Positions 12,990-27,634 of a stretch of 64,000 nucleotides of DNA are shown piece after piece. The translations under genes and the position numbers were made by a program. The notes under the pieces were generated by a model. It had not been told where the DNA came from and did not search any database. It saw only the letters and a list, made by a program, of their open reading frames with translations. Source of the DNA: Octopus vulgaris (taxonomy: Eukaryota); assembly GCA_951406725.2 (NCBI GenBank), contig OX597817.1, forward strand, positions 8,928,001-8,992,000, in the 5' to 3' direction. Within the stretch, counting starts at the first letter, position 1, and every line of letters begins with the position of its first letter.

Positions 12990-13384
12990 TTCTACTCTAG
13001 GCATAAGGCCCGAAATTTTTGGGGGGGTGTCCAGTCGATTAGATCGATCCGAGTACGCAACTGGTACTTAATTTATCGATCCTGAAAGGATGAAAGACAA
13101 AGTCGACCTCGCCGGAATTTGAAATCAGAAGGTATAGACAAACAAAATACCTATTTCTTTACTATCCACAGGGGGCTAAACACAGAGAGGACAAACAGAG
13201 ACAGAGTAACGGATTAAGTCGATTATATCGATCCCAGTGCGTAACTGGTACTTATTTAATCGACCCCGAAGGGATGAAAGGCAAAGTCGACCTCGGGGGA
13301 ATTTGAACTCAGAACGTAACGGCAGGCGACATACCGCTAAGCATTTCGCCTGGCGTGCTAACGATTCTGCCAGCTCACCGCCTT
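12990..13384 (-). mobile_element. SINE family 2, long form with internally duplicated module
   Basis: The AACTGGTACTT...GGATGAAAG.CAAAGTCGACCTC..GGAATTTGAA module occurs twice (about 13060-13125 and 13240-13310). Confidence 0.85.
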
Positions 13385-13475
13385 CAGACGCTTGTATAAT
13401 GCGATGTTAATAAGTTAAAAGGTAAAAGAGAAGGAAATCGATAAAATTGATTGGAAAGAAGACACTTAATTAGTT

Positions 13476-13542
<67 letters not shown>

Positions 13543-13954
13543 ATGCGTGTGCGCGTTTACGCATTTGTATTTTAACCGCCGTTTAAAACCAAGAGCGTTG
13601 CAAGGTCAAAATTGTGATTTAGCCAGCAGGTAAAAATCTAGATCAATGAAATAGTTAGAAGCTGAAATTAGTATTGAGATGGCTTGGACCAAGTAGAAAT
13701 TCCTGAAGTCGATACCCGTCACCACCGCCGCCGCCACCGTCGTCGCGTGGTGCCTAGTTGCAGTCTTATGATTGAGAACAATAAAAGAAAAAGAAAAGAG
13801 AATGTATGTTTACTCTTCTACATGAGTATGTGTAGATATACACCAATGCATGCACAGTCCCGTGTATATATGGTGTGTGTGAGTGTGAGTCTGTGTGTGT
13901 GTGTGTGTATCCGCGTGCGTGAATGGAAGTATAATATTCCCCAAGTTACTGTTT

Positions 13955-15410
13955 TGGCGGCACTGACCCCCCAAAGCCAAACACCACTGATGATTCCATC
14001 AAATGCTCGGGTACGTTTGACCAAATCGATACTCTGTATTTCTGCTTTTTGTACTCTTTTTTTAAATTCCTGCAGTCACTGTTCCATGCCAAAAACAGTT
14101 AAAATTGCTCAGCTGTTTGTTTGGTACCAGCTTCGATTTGTTTACCAAATTTCTATGACATTTCCAGGATGCAGCATTCCTTGCTTCCCCCATAGTTTTT
14201 AGCAATAATTATTCCATTAACCTTCTCAAAGCAAATGCCACCCAGATGGGACATGGTGGATGTAACTATAAATACACAGCAACTAGTTTCCACTGGAACT
14301 ATACTACACTGTATTCTCATAATTCATGCGAGCAGCTAAGGGGCTCATATACCAGAACATTTCTTTCGCGAATCCCCTCTATACTGCCTCTTCATGGCAT
14401 AGTGGACTTGATAACCACAATCTTAGTGTCAAATCCTACCCGTCAGCGAGTCCAAACTTTGTCCTGTTACTGAAATATAACTCAGTTGTGAACATAAGTG
14501 CCTTCTGCAACTCGACCTAAGAAGCAGAAGTTTTGCTCTTGATTTCCCTCCACTTGATCTGTATAGTTATTTATACCCTGTCCTATGAAAAACCAGTCTA
14601 CGCATCATTGTCAATGCTACTCGCCTTCCCAATAATGCAATAGTGTTCAAAAGTACTGGTGTATATATTGAACATATAATCCTATCACAGTACAATGGAC
14701 TACTTGACTTGCATGATGTTGCAATGACGCATGCTCCCTAAATCTGTGAAAGCCACAATTTCGTTCTATTCATTTCGTTTAATATTGATTGATGCCGGAT
14801 GGAAGTACATCATGTATCGCCTCCAGTTGAAATCGAAGTCTGGCCAATATCATTTCCTACAAGGTATTCAATTATAGTTCCCTTCGCTCTTCTGACTCCC
14901 ATATTCATAAGCAGATTTATCAACTAGCTCCCCATTTTTTGCATTCAACTTTACTCTTCAAACTGGGGAATCTCCTTCGTAACGATATTCTGCTGCCTTT
15001 TTAACCCTAATGGAATATCTATTTTCCTTAGCGGAACCAATCCTGCTGCTATATTCTGCAAAGCTCCAATTCCCTCCCTTGTCTCTTCGACTGCGTTTTC
15101 CAATACTGGTTGGGTTGCATGAATAAGTGGATCCACATGCCAGGTGACAGGGGACTTTTTCTACTTCACATATCTCCACCACCGATGTCAATGGCGGTTG
15201 GAGTTTCACAATCGCACTGTAGAGTCCGGTTTTTCAGAAACATGGCACGAAGCAAACCAATTTCGTTGTAAACTGCCGACGCACTTTCCCTGTCTCTCCA
15301 CTCTTAACGAGGTGCTATGTATTTGGAAGAGTCACAATAGCTTTGACGAAAGACCTAGCTAAAAACGCCACAACTTGAATTTACCAACAAAATTGAAAGT
15401 ATCATTAGCT
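13955..15410 (-). pseudogene. Degenerate Hero-like (R2-group) LINE, 3' part
   Basis: KLQPPLTSVVE, DPLIHATQP..NAVEE..IGALQ..AGL and terminal GVWLW resemble post-RT regions of Hero elements. Confidence 0.6.
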
Positions 15411-16387
15411 TTTACCCCACCCCTCTGTCTGTGTCTCTCTTTCTCTCTCTCTCTCCCTATTTCCCAACTATCGCAACTACCCTAGACATCGTTCAGTGGG
15501 AGTATGTGACGATGACTAAATCTTTTAATAGACTACTCCTTGATGGTTGCTGTAACCCATCTCTCCAATTTCAAAATAGAAATTCGTTACGAACTCCTGC
15601 ACTATGAATAAACTACAACACTTCTTAGCTTTAATAAGAAGTCTACGACTGAAATAGCTCATCCAGTCAGGTTAGGAGAATTTCCAGTTTTTTTTTTTTT
15701 TAATCTCGTTTCCATTACTGCAATGTTCAGTGCTTATCATCTATGGAATTCTGCAGTAGACGCAGTGCAAGAATTTATCGGATTTACATTTCTTTAAATA
15801 TTAATAAGCATCACGAAAAGTGGATTTGAAATGGTTCACTCCATCATGACGACTATCTCCAGTGCTTTTACTGGGAGTATTTTTCTCTCATTTGTTCCTT
15901 CATCAAGATCTGTCGAGTAAAACAAAAAGAAATTATATGATGAAAGTCTTAGAAGGAATTAAGACACCAAACTTCCTGAAGATATTATCTACGTGAGTAT
16001 TAAATTTGGCTATGTGACAGCACCGGCAAAAATATTTAAACTAAAGTGGGGATGAAGAAAGGGAGACGAAAAAGGAGTGGAAAGAAGATAAATAGAAAAA
16101 GAGAGCACTAGAAAAAAGCAGAAAAAAATATGGTATAACGGAGGAAATATGTTACGTGTGGCAGGGGTTTGATCAATGGCCTTTTTTAAACTATCTTTAG
16201 ATAAAAAGAAAAAGGGATTGGGCAATTGGATCTCCAAAGGTTTGGTCCTACTAGAACAAAGTCTAAGTTCTATTGCAGGTGTTTAGCCTCAGGTCTTTAA
16301 ATCAAAGACGTTACAACTGTGACCATCCCGCATTTTTGTGTAAATAGGACTATACTTTATAATGTTCCCTTCCTTTTTATTATAGGA

Positions 16388-16795
16388 CTAACAGTATCGC
16401 CCGGCGTTGCTCGGGTTTGTAAGGGAAATAACTATATAAGCATTCTTAGAGAGTTATAGCCAAAAATAGCAAAAAAAATAGCAAAAAAATGCATTAAAAA
16501 TGGAAAACAAATGATGGTAAATTTTTTTTTAAATCGTTGACTCATCGTAGACATTTTTAGAGAGTTACTTCCCTTATATAATAGCGAAAAAATGCATTAA
16601 AATGGAAAAAATGATAGTAAATTTTTTTTTAAATCGTAGACTCATCGTAGACGCGCGCTAATACCCAGAAGGGCTCGATATGAATCACGACTATAAGATA
16701 CCCGGTTTTGGTTAAATTGCACCGCAAAATGTGGGAGTAGTTAGGAATCTAAATCGTAGGAGACAGACACACAACTTCTCTTTTATATATAAAGA
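16388..16795 (-). mobile_element. Non-autonomous Helitron
   Basis: A|TCTTTATATATAAAA 5' end, subterminal hairpin CCCGAGCAACGCCGGG, TTAG|T end; close inverted copy at 46397-46799. Confidence 0.85.
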
Positions 16796-17204
16796 TACGA
16801 TGTAATTTGAAAGAGATCTGACTGCCTTGTTAGCCCAGATTTGTTTTATTAGTGGTGGTATTGATTATTTAAATTCTGGTTTACCTTGTTATTGTTGAGG
16901 AGTAAATGTGGACCATAGCAATGATGATGGTGGTGAAGTTGTGAATGAGCTGGTTGTGGAGTAATGGTTTTCATGTGGGTGTCGGAGGAGGCAGAGAGTG
17001 ACGGGGGATGATGGAAAGCTGTGATGGCTGCGGTATTGGTGAGATGTTGATTGTTGTAACATTTGTGGTAATAATTATAGAAGATTGTGGTAGCGATACT
17101 GATGAAGGTATTTATAGCTTAGGAAGTTTGTAAAAGTGATGGCTAGAAGTGTGGTGTTAGAGGTACTGATGGTAGTAGTGATGATGACGATGATGGATGT
17201 ATGT

Positions 17205-17443
17205 AATACCTATTTTTTTATTACCCACAAGGGGCTAAACGCAGAGGGGACAAACAAGGACAGGCATAGGTATTAAGTCGATTACATCGACCCCAGTGCG
17301 TAACTGGTACTTAATTTATCGACCCCGAAAGGATGAAAGGCAAAGTCGACCTCGGCGGAAATTGAACTCACAAAGTAACGGCAGACGAAATACCTCTAAG
17401 CATTTCGCCCTGCGTGCTAACGTTTCTGCCAGCTCGCCGCCTT
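17205..17443 (-). mobile_element. SINE family 2
   Basis: Very similar to 3325-3557. Confidence 0.85.
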
Positions 17444-17967
17444 TATGTAATACCGTTGAGATGACGGTAAAGTGACGAGAGTAGTTGTTATTTTCTAACG
17501 TTGAGGTGTTTATGAGGTGTTGTGTGTTGTCATTTAGCTCCAAGTCAAACTTCATCGAAAACAACCCTACTCATTTCAAAGGTGTTCCAACTGACCACCC
17601 TATCTTTTGGCAAGGTATCTAAGATAACATTATCTAATTGCGTTATATGAGGATCATTTGGCTGTTGTTTCTTACAAGCCGAATGACCAGTCAGAGGCTT
17701 CAACAGGATATTTCTGTGCTGTTTATAGCAGAACAAGAAAACACTTAGAGTCTCCATCATATCGTTTGCTCTGGACTGAACAGAACCGCAGCGAAATGCG
17801 TCTATTGTTTATCTAGGAATACATTTCTAATAGGTCCTTCGCTTATGGTGTGAGAACTAGATAATAGAACAAGCATATTGGATTGTAGGTTGCTTGATCA
17901 TATGGTTGCAGTGATGGTTGGTTGACTTTTTATTAGTTCATTCATTGTTTGTCGATTTACTTGTTGA

Positions 17968-18140
17968 ATGGTTGGTTGGTTGGTTGGTTGGTTGGTTGGT
18001 TGGTTGGTTGGTTGGTTGGTTGGTTGGTTGGCTGGTTGTTGGTTGGTTGGTTGGTTGGTTGGTTGGTTGGTTGGTTGGTTGGTTGGTTGGTTGGTTGGTT
18101 GGTTGGCTGGTTGTTGGTTGGATGGTTGTTGGTTGGATGG
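17968..18140. repeat. (TTGG)n microsatellite with degenerate extension to about 18540
   Basis: Seen directly. Confidence 0.95.
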
Positions 18141-19149
18141 TTGAGTGCATGAGTGAGTTTGTTGGTTTGTTGAACTGGTTAATTCATTGGTCGGTTGCTG
18201 GTAAGCTATATGACTGGTTGGTTGATCGGTTGGCTGATTCGTTAATTGTTGAAGTGATTGGTTGAGTCGTTGATCGTTCGTTCGTTTGTTTATTTGTTTG
18301 TTTGTTATTTAGTTGATTGAATGGTCAGTTGGTTAGTTGCTTGGTTAACTGGTTAGCTGGCTTGATGGTTTTGTTAAGTGATTTGTTGAGTTGGTTGATT
18401 AATTGGTTGATTAGTGGTTCGTTGGTTGGTTGATTGGTTGGTTGGTCGGCTTGTTGGTTTGTGAGTGAGTGGGTGGGTTGGTTGAATAATTGATTGACTG
18501 GCTGGTCTGTAAATTGTTTGTGGGTCGGGTGTTTGTTCGATTTCTTGTTCAACTCCTGATCAGTCCTATTTGAGAAAACCCATAATGAAAAGCTTTCAAT
18601 CTTTCATTAGACTATAATTTTTTTTTTTACTAGAAATAATGTAAGTAGGATTACAGTATCCGATCTTCCCAAGGATATCAGAGCCTGTAGTGAAGAAGAC
18701 TTGGCTATTATTTTTAGTGGTCGAGCAATAAAAAGTAGAGGATTTCCTAACTGGTTGTTTGTTTAATTACTTAGATTGGTCAATCGGTTGATTGGTGGAC
18801 TGGCAGTGTGATTAGCTGGTCCCATAAAACCAAATAAAAATCAAGTAACTGATCCTAGAAGACGTCAAATTAGTCCAAAAGAGCATTCTTGGTTCTTTTT
18901 TGTTTTGGTCAAAATTGAATTGGTTGTCTTTCCTATTAAATAGTTAAAAATTTGATGGTCGCAAAAAAAACATGGGCGAGGAGCAATTTCAATGTGGGCC
19001 AGGTAGGTATAAAATTTAGGTGACTATAACAAGAGGGCACGAGAGACTAGTCAGCTCTGAAGAACATATGTCACTGTAGTAGTTGCAGAGAAGCTAGAGA
19101 GAGAAAGAGTAGTAGGAAGAGAAGACAGCAGGGTCGAATGTGAACATCA

Positions 19150-21050
19150 GGTTCGAGTGTGTTGATAAGTGACTTCCTGTGGGGTTAGTCTATTTTGATG
19201 CGGTTCAGATTGTATGTGTATCTGCAAAATCGTCCCAGTTGGGGAGCAGTGCTCTATTTTGAACCTTATTTCAATTTTGTAGAGGGCTCGTAGTTTAGTA
19301 GTGGGGAATGCTAAATCATTTTCTTAACCTGAATTTGTGATGCGGTTTTGGCCATATCGAGGATGTGCGCTCACCAGGAGGGATTTTTCGTCATTGTGAG
19401 AAATAACATTTGTGACAATCTTGATGTATCTAGTTGCGTACTGCTCGAGTTTAGGAGGATGAACCAGAAGCTGTTGCTTATTTTTCATGTGTTGGACTAA
19501 TGCTTCAGTGTTGCTGAAGAGGAAGGATGTTCTCTAAGTCTTTGTTGATGGAACCATTGCAAGCCTGGCGTGAGTTATCTAAATAGCAAGTAGATGACGC
19601 TTGAATATGGAAAACAAATGAGGAATGAAAGTAGTATTATGTTCATTGGAGTGGGTATTGGAGGAGGTGACGGCATGTAGGTTGTTGATGTATTAAAAGG
19701 ATGAGTGGGAGAGCAAAATTAAACTTTGAGGCACGCCAGAGTTAATGGAGTTTGAGCCAGGGCGGGTGTCAGCGTTGTGACAGTGCGATCTTGTAGTAAA
19801 CTTTCGATTCAGGAGTTGAGAGACGGATGAAGCTTATAGCCTGGCTTCTTTTGCTGGTAGGTTCTCTTATCAGAGACAAATGGGCGAATGCGTTACACAT
19901 GTCCAGCACAATGATTTCACAGAAATTTTCAAAGACGAGGAATCACTACTGAGTGGCATAAAAGCCAGTAGATCTAGCTTTATGAAAGCCATACTGGTGG
20001 CCATTAGGAAGAGAAATGAATTCAATGTGTTAGAGAAAACTGTTAATAATTGCCCTCAACATCGTTGAGATGTTCGAAGTGAGAGCGCTTGGATGATCAT
20101 TGGGAATTGGACATATTTTAGGGTATTTCTTATGGTCAGATAGATCTCTGGAGAGAGAGAGGGGGAGAGAGAGAAATAGGAGAGAGTGAGAAGGATTGAA
20201 GATTTAGGTAAAATTGAAGGCAGCTTCTGGAGTGCATTGTTTGAGGGCAATGGAAAGACTTTGTCTGGGTTGATGTCCTTATCTAAAGCGACTGGCGTTT
20301 ATGTTTAGGACCTTAATAACCTAGTGAAAGCGGAAGAGAAAATTTTGAAACAGATTGAGCAAGTGCGTGCAGCTTGAAGTTGGATTATATCGGGTACCAA
20401 ATGCAGCAGGACTGCTTACAGAATCATCGTTTTTGAGAGGTGGAAAGAAGGAGGATTCCCCAATTGGCAGAGAGCTTTTGGCAAAAGGCTCAAATGATCG
20501 GGTACCATTTGGGATGTGAGGGAACCTGAACTATGCGATGTACAGAGATATCCTTCATACTTCAGATGATTGCCATACAAGATTTAACGTTCAAGGTAAA
20601 AGACGTCTAAGCGTTGTAAATCGTGTTTTGGGCTGATCGCTTCAGGGCATCTATGAGTGCATCACTTGGGTAAATTAAGGCTATGGGTTTGGTCGTATCT
20701 GTTATATGGAAGGGCATGCTGGAATGAATAGTTTCAGTCATTCGCCTAGCTACCTCTGAAGAGTCAGGAGTGAAGCATATGTGCTGCCAAACTTCATTAT
20801 CTTAGAACTAACCGACGGCAAATCAACTGACTTGAAGTGCCATATAGTGTTGGAGGTGGAGGAATTGCGAAGTATATGGCAGTGTTGTGGGTAAGAGGGT
20901 AGTTGCGATATGGCATCGATCCGATAATTGCAGAGACGGGGTGGTGTTTGAAGGGTGAGGGGGAGATCTTTGGGTAAATGCATCGAAGTTAATTGAGTTT
21001 CAACTCGATCGTAATCGCAATCTTCGGATGTCAGCTTTGCATGTACTCTA
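19150..21050 (-). pseudogene. Very old L1/Tx1-like LINE remnant
   Basis: Ordered degenerate motifs KADI..YDRVE, GSTYASLL, IYPSDAL, KSSILLTLSY and a CxxC near 19410; weak. Confidence 0.4.
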
Positions 21051-22478
21051 CAGGAAATACAACCCCCAAATCCTTGTTGAGCATGGTATACATTTGATTG
21101 AATGGTTAAGTGTTATATTTATTGCTGTTGTTGTTGTTATTGTAATTGTTGTTGTCGTCATCGTTGATGTTTAAAGCGACAACTACTTGAGAACAGAGTA
21201 TGATTGATTACTTACTAACACGCTTGATTCTTTGCCCGATTATTAGGTTATTGAGTTTGATTTCTTGTTTAGCTGTTGTAGCGGCTGCTCTTGCTACTGT
21301 TATCGTTGTTGTTGCTCGTGTCGTTATTGTTGTTGTTGCTGTTTAACAGCTTAAAAATAGAGTATGATTTGGTATGTCAGTTTGTTTGTGAAATTACATG
21401 ACATATAGAAAGTAATAATATGATTGATGGGTACAGATAAAAGTAAAAAAAAAATAGACTTTCGCTGCATTTTCATACTTTATATTTATCAATTCACCAC
21501 CAACCTCACCAGGAAGATAATAATTTCATTTTCTAAAGAAAAAATATCAAGACAAAAACAAAAAATACAAGAAATGAAGATGAAAACAAAATCCACTTCT
21601 CCTTAGTTAAATAAGTAGCTAACCTGTATGTTTGTTTGTTTGCTTAAAAATCCCACACGTTAATTTTGGCGTGTCGCTTTAGAGAAAATTACGTAAAAGG
21701 TAGAAGAAAATGAAAAGAAAGAAGACTTAAAAACAGACAAACGAAGTATTTCTGTACTGTTGTTCCATTTATCAAAACTTGTCGGGAAATGATAAACATA
21801 ATTTCATTTTCTTACGAAAATCTGAAGAAGAAAAAATAAAACAAACAAATAAGGTGAGAAAATAAATAAACAAACAAACAAACAGAGCACCGGAACTGGA
21901 GCGATTTACGTCATAGATTCTAGTTATTTAGAGTTATCGGAATGTGATGTATATAGTAGGTGTGAATAATCTATTTCGTCTGCTATTTATATATAGTCAC
22001 TCTCATTACGCAAACTATCAATCATGCATACACGTGTGTATATGAGTGCCTTCTGCATGGATAGCTGCAAATATTCATGCATATGTACGAATGAGAGTCA
22101 CTCCTCCTCCTTTCTCGCTCCCTCGCTCTCTCTCTCTCTCTCTCCCCACCCCGCCATCTCTCTCTCTCTCTCTCTCTTTCTCTTGCTTTCTTTCTCTTTC
22201 TTATTCCCAGACAAATTCACTCAGAGATACAATCGTGTGTGTGCATGTATGTATAAGTGTGTGTGTGTGTGTTTGTGTGTCTTTGTATTTATATTCGTTG
22301 CGGTTCGACAAAAGAAACTAATAGAATATGTACTAGGCTTTAAAAAGTACTTAACTTGGTTCATTTGCTTAAAACCCTTCAAAGCAATAACTGAAACAAA
22401 TAAGAGATAGTATGTGTGTGTATGTATGCGTGCGTGTGTGTGTGTATGTGCGTGTGTGTGAGTAGTTACACAAAAGAC

Positions 22479-22522
<44 letters not shown>

Positions 22523-22569
22523 CATACATACATACTTGGACATGGATGCATGGCGTTCAATCATATAAT

Positions 22570-22960
22570 ACTATAGGTAATATATATATACTTACATATA
22601 TGTACATACTTACATATTTATGTATATATACATGCATTAATGGGTACAGGACCTCATAAGACGTAAACAACATGAAATAAGAAATACAAAAACATGGAAT
22701 ACGAAGACAAACTTTTGTGTGCAAACAACGAAAGAAACAACTAGAAAACAAACCAAGTAACATAAAGAATGACACTTCATCGGTCGTCGACTGTTTATCT
22801 ACTCCACATTTCGAGTATTCAACGACAATATCAGTCATCAAAACAGTTGCTCCCATAAATTCCAAAATAAAATTTTGGAACGCCCTGCATCCATTCCCAG
22901 TTTGACGTGATACACACGGACCCGAGTTTCTGAGTATTGACCCGTCATCAGCGTGTGACA
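22570..22960 (-). mobile_element. Non-coding repeat carrying an HHR and a permuted HHR-like motif (related to 28085-28435 and 62941-63303)
   Basis: Shared GTCCTGTAC.CAT...TGCATGTATAT and AGTAGAT.AAAC segments; flanked by TA-rich tracts. Confidence 0.65.
22913..22957 (-). ncRNA. Type I hammerhead ribozyme
   Basis: CACACG CTGATGA C-GGGT-CAAT-ACTC-A GAAAC TCGG GTC CGTGTG: 6-bp stem I, GUC site. Confidence 0.8.
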
Positions 22961-23838
22961 ACCACTGGCTGGCGATGTGAAGTGATTCCCAATGCAAATA
23001 TATACTTTTTCCGGCGACGAAAAGTCACTGATCTCGAAAAAGTGGAAACAAGTAATGATAAATCTCTGAGCGAGATATAAACAGTAGCTGCACGACATCG
23101 TGAAGTATATTTGCCACCTAAATCTGGCACGGAAAATACCATATATTGTTATGGTATGTATATTTCATTAGGAAGGTGGCAGAGTACCGTATAAAGCTCG
23201 TTCACCCTCAGAGTTATCCAATACTATCCGGTACCATTATTATATGCTTCTAGTTTTATGTTTGGGTATTCGTCGTGTGTGAATATAAAGTTGAAGAAAT
23301 TGGAGTCAGTAAGAAGGGGTACGGTTGGACAGTTATTTTTTAATCACTACAATTGTTTCCTCACAACGTGGTTCTCCAAAAATACAGGTATTTGATTATG
23401 CAACTGTCTGTTTGCATAAAGAAATCCAGTTGTTTTCAAGTGGTGTCTCCGTTAGTTTAAAATTTTCGACTTCAAAGTCATCCCATCCGTCCGTCTTGGT
23501 TTGAATATTTTGTAGCAATTGGCAAATTCATGTTGTTTGCTGCTAGGGTGTGTTTGTTGGACTGCTATGGGCGGTAGTGAATACCACTCATAGCAGTCCA
23601 ACAAACACTTAATAAGCTTTCAAGAAAACAAAAGACGAAGACAAGTGAAGAAACAAGATGCAAGTGTATTAGTTTAACGCTCGGGAAGAATGGAAAAGTC
23701 TTTGATGTTTCGCGCCTACGCTCTTCGACAGAAAGGATTGAGAGGCAAAAAAAAAACGGTGAGCGAACCAAAAAAAAAAAAAACTGAGAGCGAACCCGAA
23801 AAAACGGAGGGAGAAAAAATGTATAGTGATTACATATA

Positions 23839-23892
<54 letters not shown>

Positions 23893-23910
23893 TTTATACA
23901 ATACATATAT

Positions 23911-24118
23911 AGTTAAGTTAAGTTAATTTTTTGGCTCAAAAAGCAAAAAGCAAGGCCATGTAGGGGGACATGGAGTTATGTACAGGATGGTGTTCATGCA
24001 AAGAGTTCAGGCCATTTGTGGTCAAGGGAGACTTTGAACCGAGCGGTCGTCAGCATCTTCACTATCTCGTCCGGCAGCTTATTCCACGGATCCGCAACCC
24101 GGACGGAGAAAGCCCCTC
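23911..24118 (-). mobile_element. 5'-truncated 3' end of a CR1-type LINE (same family as 51864-54583)
   Basis: Reverse complement matches about 54375-54583, including the 3' UTR and a TAAC(T) tail. Confidence 0.9.
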
Positions 24119-24667
24119 GCATTTATTGCACGCGCGTGCGCATGTACACATAAATTATTTAACATGTAAATTAAACCTCTTTAGTAAGCATACCATTTAG
24201 CCTCGCTGTTAACAATAAGCAAAGTGGTTACATCATAGTTTTATGAGTTCGTGAATAGGAAAATATATTGATTTTGACTAGTTTCGCATTTTGTTACATC
24301 CTCATTAGGGAGCAATTACTAATTTTTTTCCACGGAGAGAATTAAACTTATTGCTATTTATAGTGTATACTAACCACATAACTATAGTGTATCCTAACTA
24401 CGTAACTAAACCGGTTTGTCTAATTTGCATAACAGTTGGCAAAGCCGGAACTGTTGAGCGTGAGACAAATTGCCAGCACTGTTTAGTTGATATCTTTTTA
24501 TATTTTTAGTTTCCATGGTGCTAATATCAACTTTGCCTGTGTTTCTTCTGGAATCGGTAATATACAGTATATGTCAAGTATTGGTGTTGTGTTCTTGCAA
24601 TGGATTCTAGATGTGAATGCAATTATAAGAGAAGAGCTGCAGTAATGGAGATCATATATTTGTAAAG

Positions 24668-25085
24668 AGGCATGGCTATGTGATTAAGGAACTCACTTTG
24701 CAATCACATGGTTTCGGGTTCAATCTCCCAGCACCAAAATTGGATATGTGCTTTCTATTATAGCCCTAGGCCGACCAATGGCTTCTGAGTGAATTTGGTA
24801 AATGGAAACTGTATGGAAGCCAATTGTATATATATGTATATACATACATACACACATACATGTGTATGCATTGCGTGTGTGAACTTGTGTGTCTTTGTGT
24901 TTTGTCTCCCACAACCGCTTGAAAACCGGTGTTGGTTTGTTTGGGTGCCTGTAACTTAGCGGTTCAGCAAAAAGGAGTCAACAGAACATGTAGAGCTTAA
25001 CAAAACAAAATACTAAACTCGACTAAACCCTTCGAGGTGGTACCCCGGTTTGACCGCCGTCCACTAAGAGAAGTAAAAGATTAAA
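24668..25085 (+). mobile_element. SINE family 1, diverged
   Basis: TGGCTATGTG..GGTTCAATC head and GAAACCGGTGTTGGTTTGTTT..CTTAGCGGTTCAGCAAAA-like body. Confidence 0.75.
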
Positions 25086-25124
25086 AAAATGAAAATAAAA
25101 GAAACCATGTGTTATAAAAACAAA

Positions 25125-25490
25125 TAATATACATCTGGAAGATCTTGGTAGGATTTTCCTAAACTTTAGCATTGGTAGTTATACAAACTCCAGGACAGGA
25201 CGCCATTGTATAGTGCCTAAAATTCCTTCCCTGTTGTCAAAAAACAGGGCTAGATACTGCGATAGCTTGGGATTCAAGGACCCACAGCTCTTCAATATCC
25301 TCCCGAACGAGCTAAGGGCCCTACATGTTGTGGATTTTCTACTGTCCCAAATAAACCAACTTCGCGGCAGAAAGTGAGAATGAGGGCAGCAGCATCAAAC
25401 ACCTTCATTCATCAAATACCAACTATTAAAGGAGGGTTAATGAAGGTACCCCAGCATGACCACAACCCTTGAGCTGAAACTAATAAAAAT
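25125..25490 (+). pseudogene. CR1-type LINE 3' fragment
   Basis: IYIWKIL..NSRTGRHCIVPKIP..DSLGFKDPQLFNILP..VPNKPT..AASN. Confidence 0.7.
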
Positions 25491-25876
25491 ATATTAAAAA
25501 AAATATAACAATAAACCCAGAAGCGATTACTAGAATCGATCCCCTACATCTTGCTGCACTAAAATATATGAATATATGCAACTGTTTTCACTTGACTGAG
25601 TCATAGGCGGAGCATTCCTAAATCAGGTACAAATATTTTTCTGTTATACTGTCACCTACCTCAACAACGGGATTGTATGTCTCGCAGGAATCCGTTGGCA
25701 ACTCGATTCTACAAAGAGAGCTTAATTAACTTACTGACCAATTCCAGGGGGACATTGTAAGAATTCAGTATTTTATGTAAATAGTCGCATATTTACTTTG
25801 TGAGCAAGAGATTTGTGGAAATAAGTAAATGGAATTTTGTTACGAATATATTACAAATAATAATATATTCATAATG

Positions 25877-26586
<710 letters not shown>

Positions 26587-26649
26587 AATGTTACTCGTTG
26601 AGAGATTTAGAAATAATAATGTTTATACACACACACACACACATATATA

Positions 26650-26868
26650 CGAGGGGGTGCTGGAAAATTCTTGGCTTTGGGTAAAAGAAAATGCAGGAGA
26701 ATCAGTTAATTATGATTTTATTCAACATATTCCCCTCTCAGATTCACACACTTATTGGAGCAGCCTTTCGATGTTTCTAAGCCCTGTAAAAGAACTCAGA
26801 AGGCTGAGCATCCAGCCAGGCCTTCTGTAATACCCTCTTAAATCTAGGAACCTTTCAGCGCTCCCTCA
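26650..26868. mobile_element. Mariner-type MITE
   Basis: TA|CGAGGGGGTGCTGGAAAATTCTTGG ... CTAGGAACCTTTCAGCGCTCCCTCA|TA: imperfect TIRs with TA target duplication. Confidence 0.8.
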
Positions 26869-27494
26869 TAAATGTTCATGGCAAAGCGTGAGTGAACGGC
26901 ATTAAAATTTCGTAGTACGCTTCATCAGTCGAGAAAAGATATATATATATATATCGCTGTGTGTGTTCTTCTTGGAAGGAAAATTACATCCGCAAAATCA
27001 AATCCAAGCGTGGAACAAAATTACAGGTTTACAGTAAAAGCAAAATATACAGATAACAACAACAACGAAAAGCAAATAAACGAAGAAGCGTAACAACATA
27101 ATGGAAAATACTTTAGATATATAAACAGTCCTACGAAATATAAGCGCAAAAGCAAGAGTGAGTCATTTTGTAAAAAGATGAAGTATAGCTTATGACTATA
27201 GAGTTTGAGGTTTGAGGGGCGAATTTGCGGTTGTAATAAAACTAATGAAATCAGTATTTTAGATATATGATGATAACGAATGCTTGAGATTTTCAAGATG
27301 CTGTACATGGTACTGGTTGGAAGGGCTGTATGAAGGGTTATGTGGTGTCAGAGAGTTGAATTGTTATTTTTAAGAGGATGCGTGTTGACAGTTTAATTGA
27401 TAATATATTATATATAGTTACTTAAATGGTTTTGCTTTTATTGGAAGGGAGAAGGATGTTTATGATGAACGTGCCCGTCTTTTGGGAGGTGCTC

Positions 27495-27546
<52 letters not shown>

Positions 27547-27587
27547 GCGTATGTATGTATGTATATATATATATGTATGTGTGTATG

Positions 27588-27634
<47 letters not shown>

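Noticed and set aside
24276-24308. Degenerate HHR-like hits (also 26908-26928, 33339-33368, 36724-36744, 37400-37516, 39858-39905, 58265-58290)
   Set aside because: Core boxes are partly present but stems I or III cannot be formed or the core is altered; not counted.
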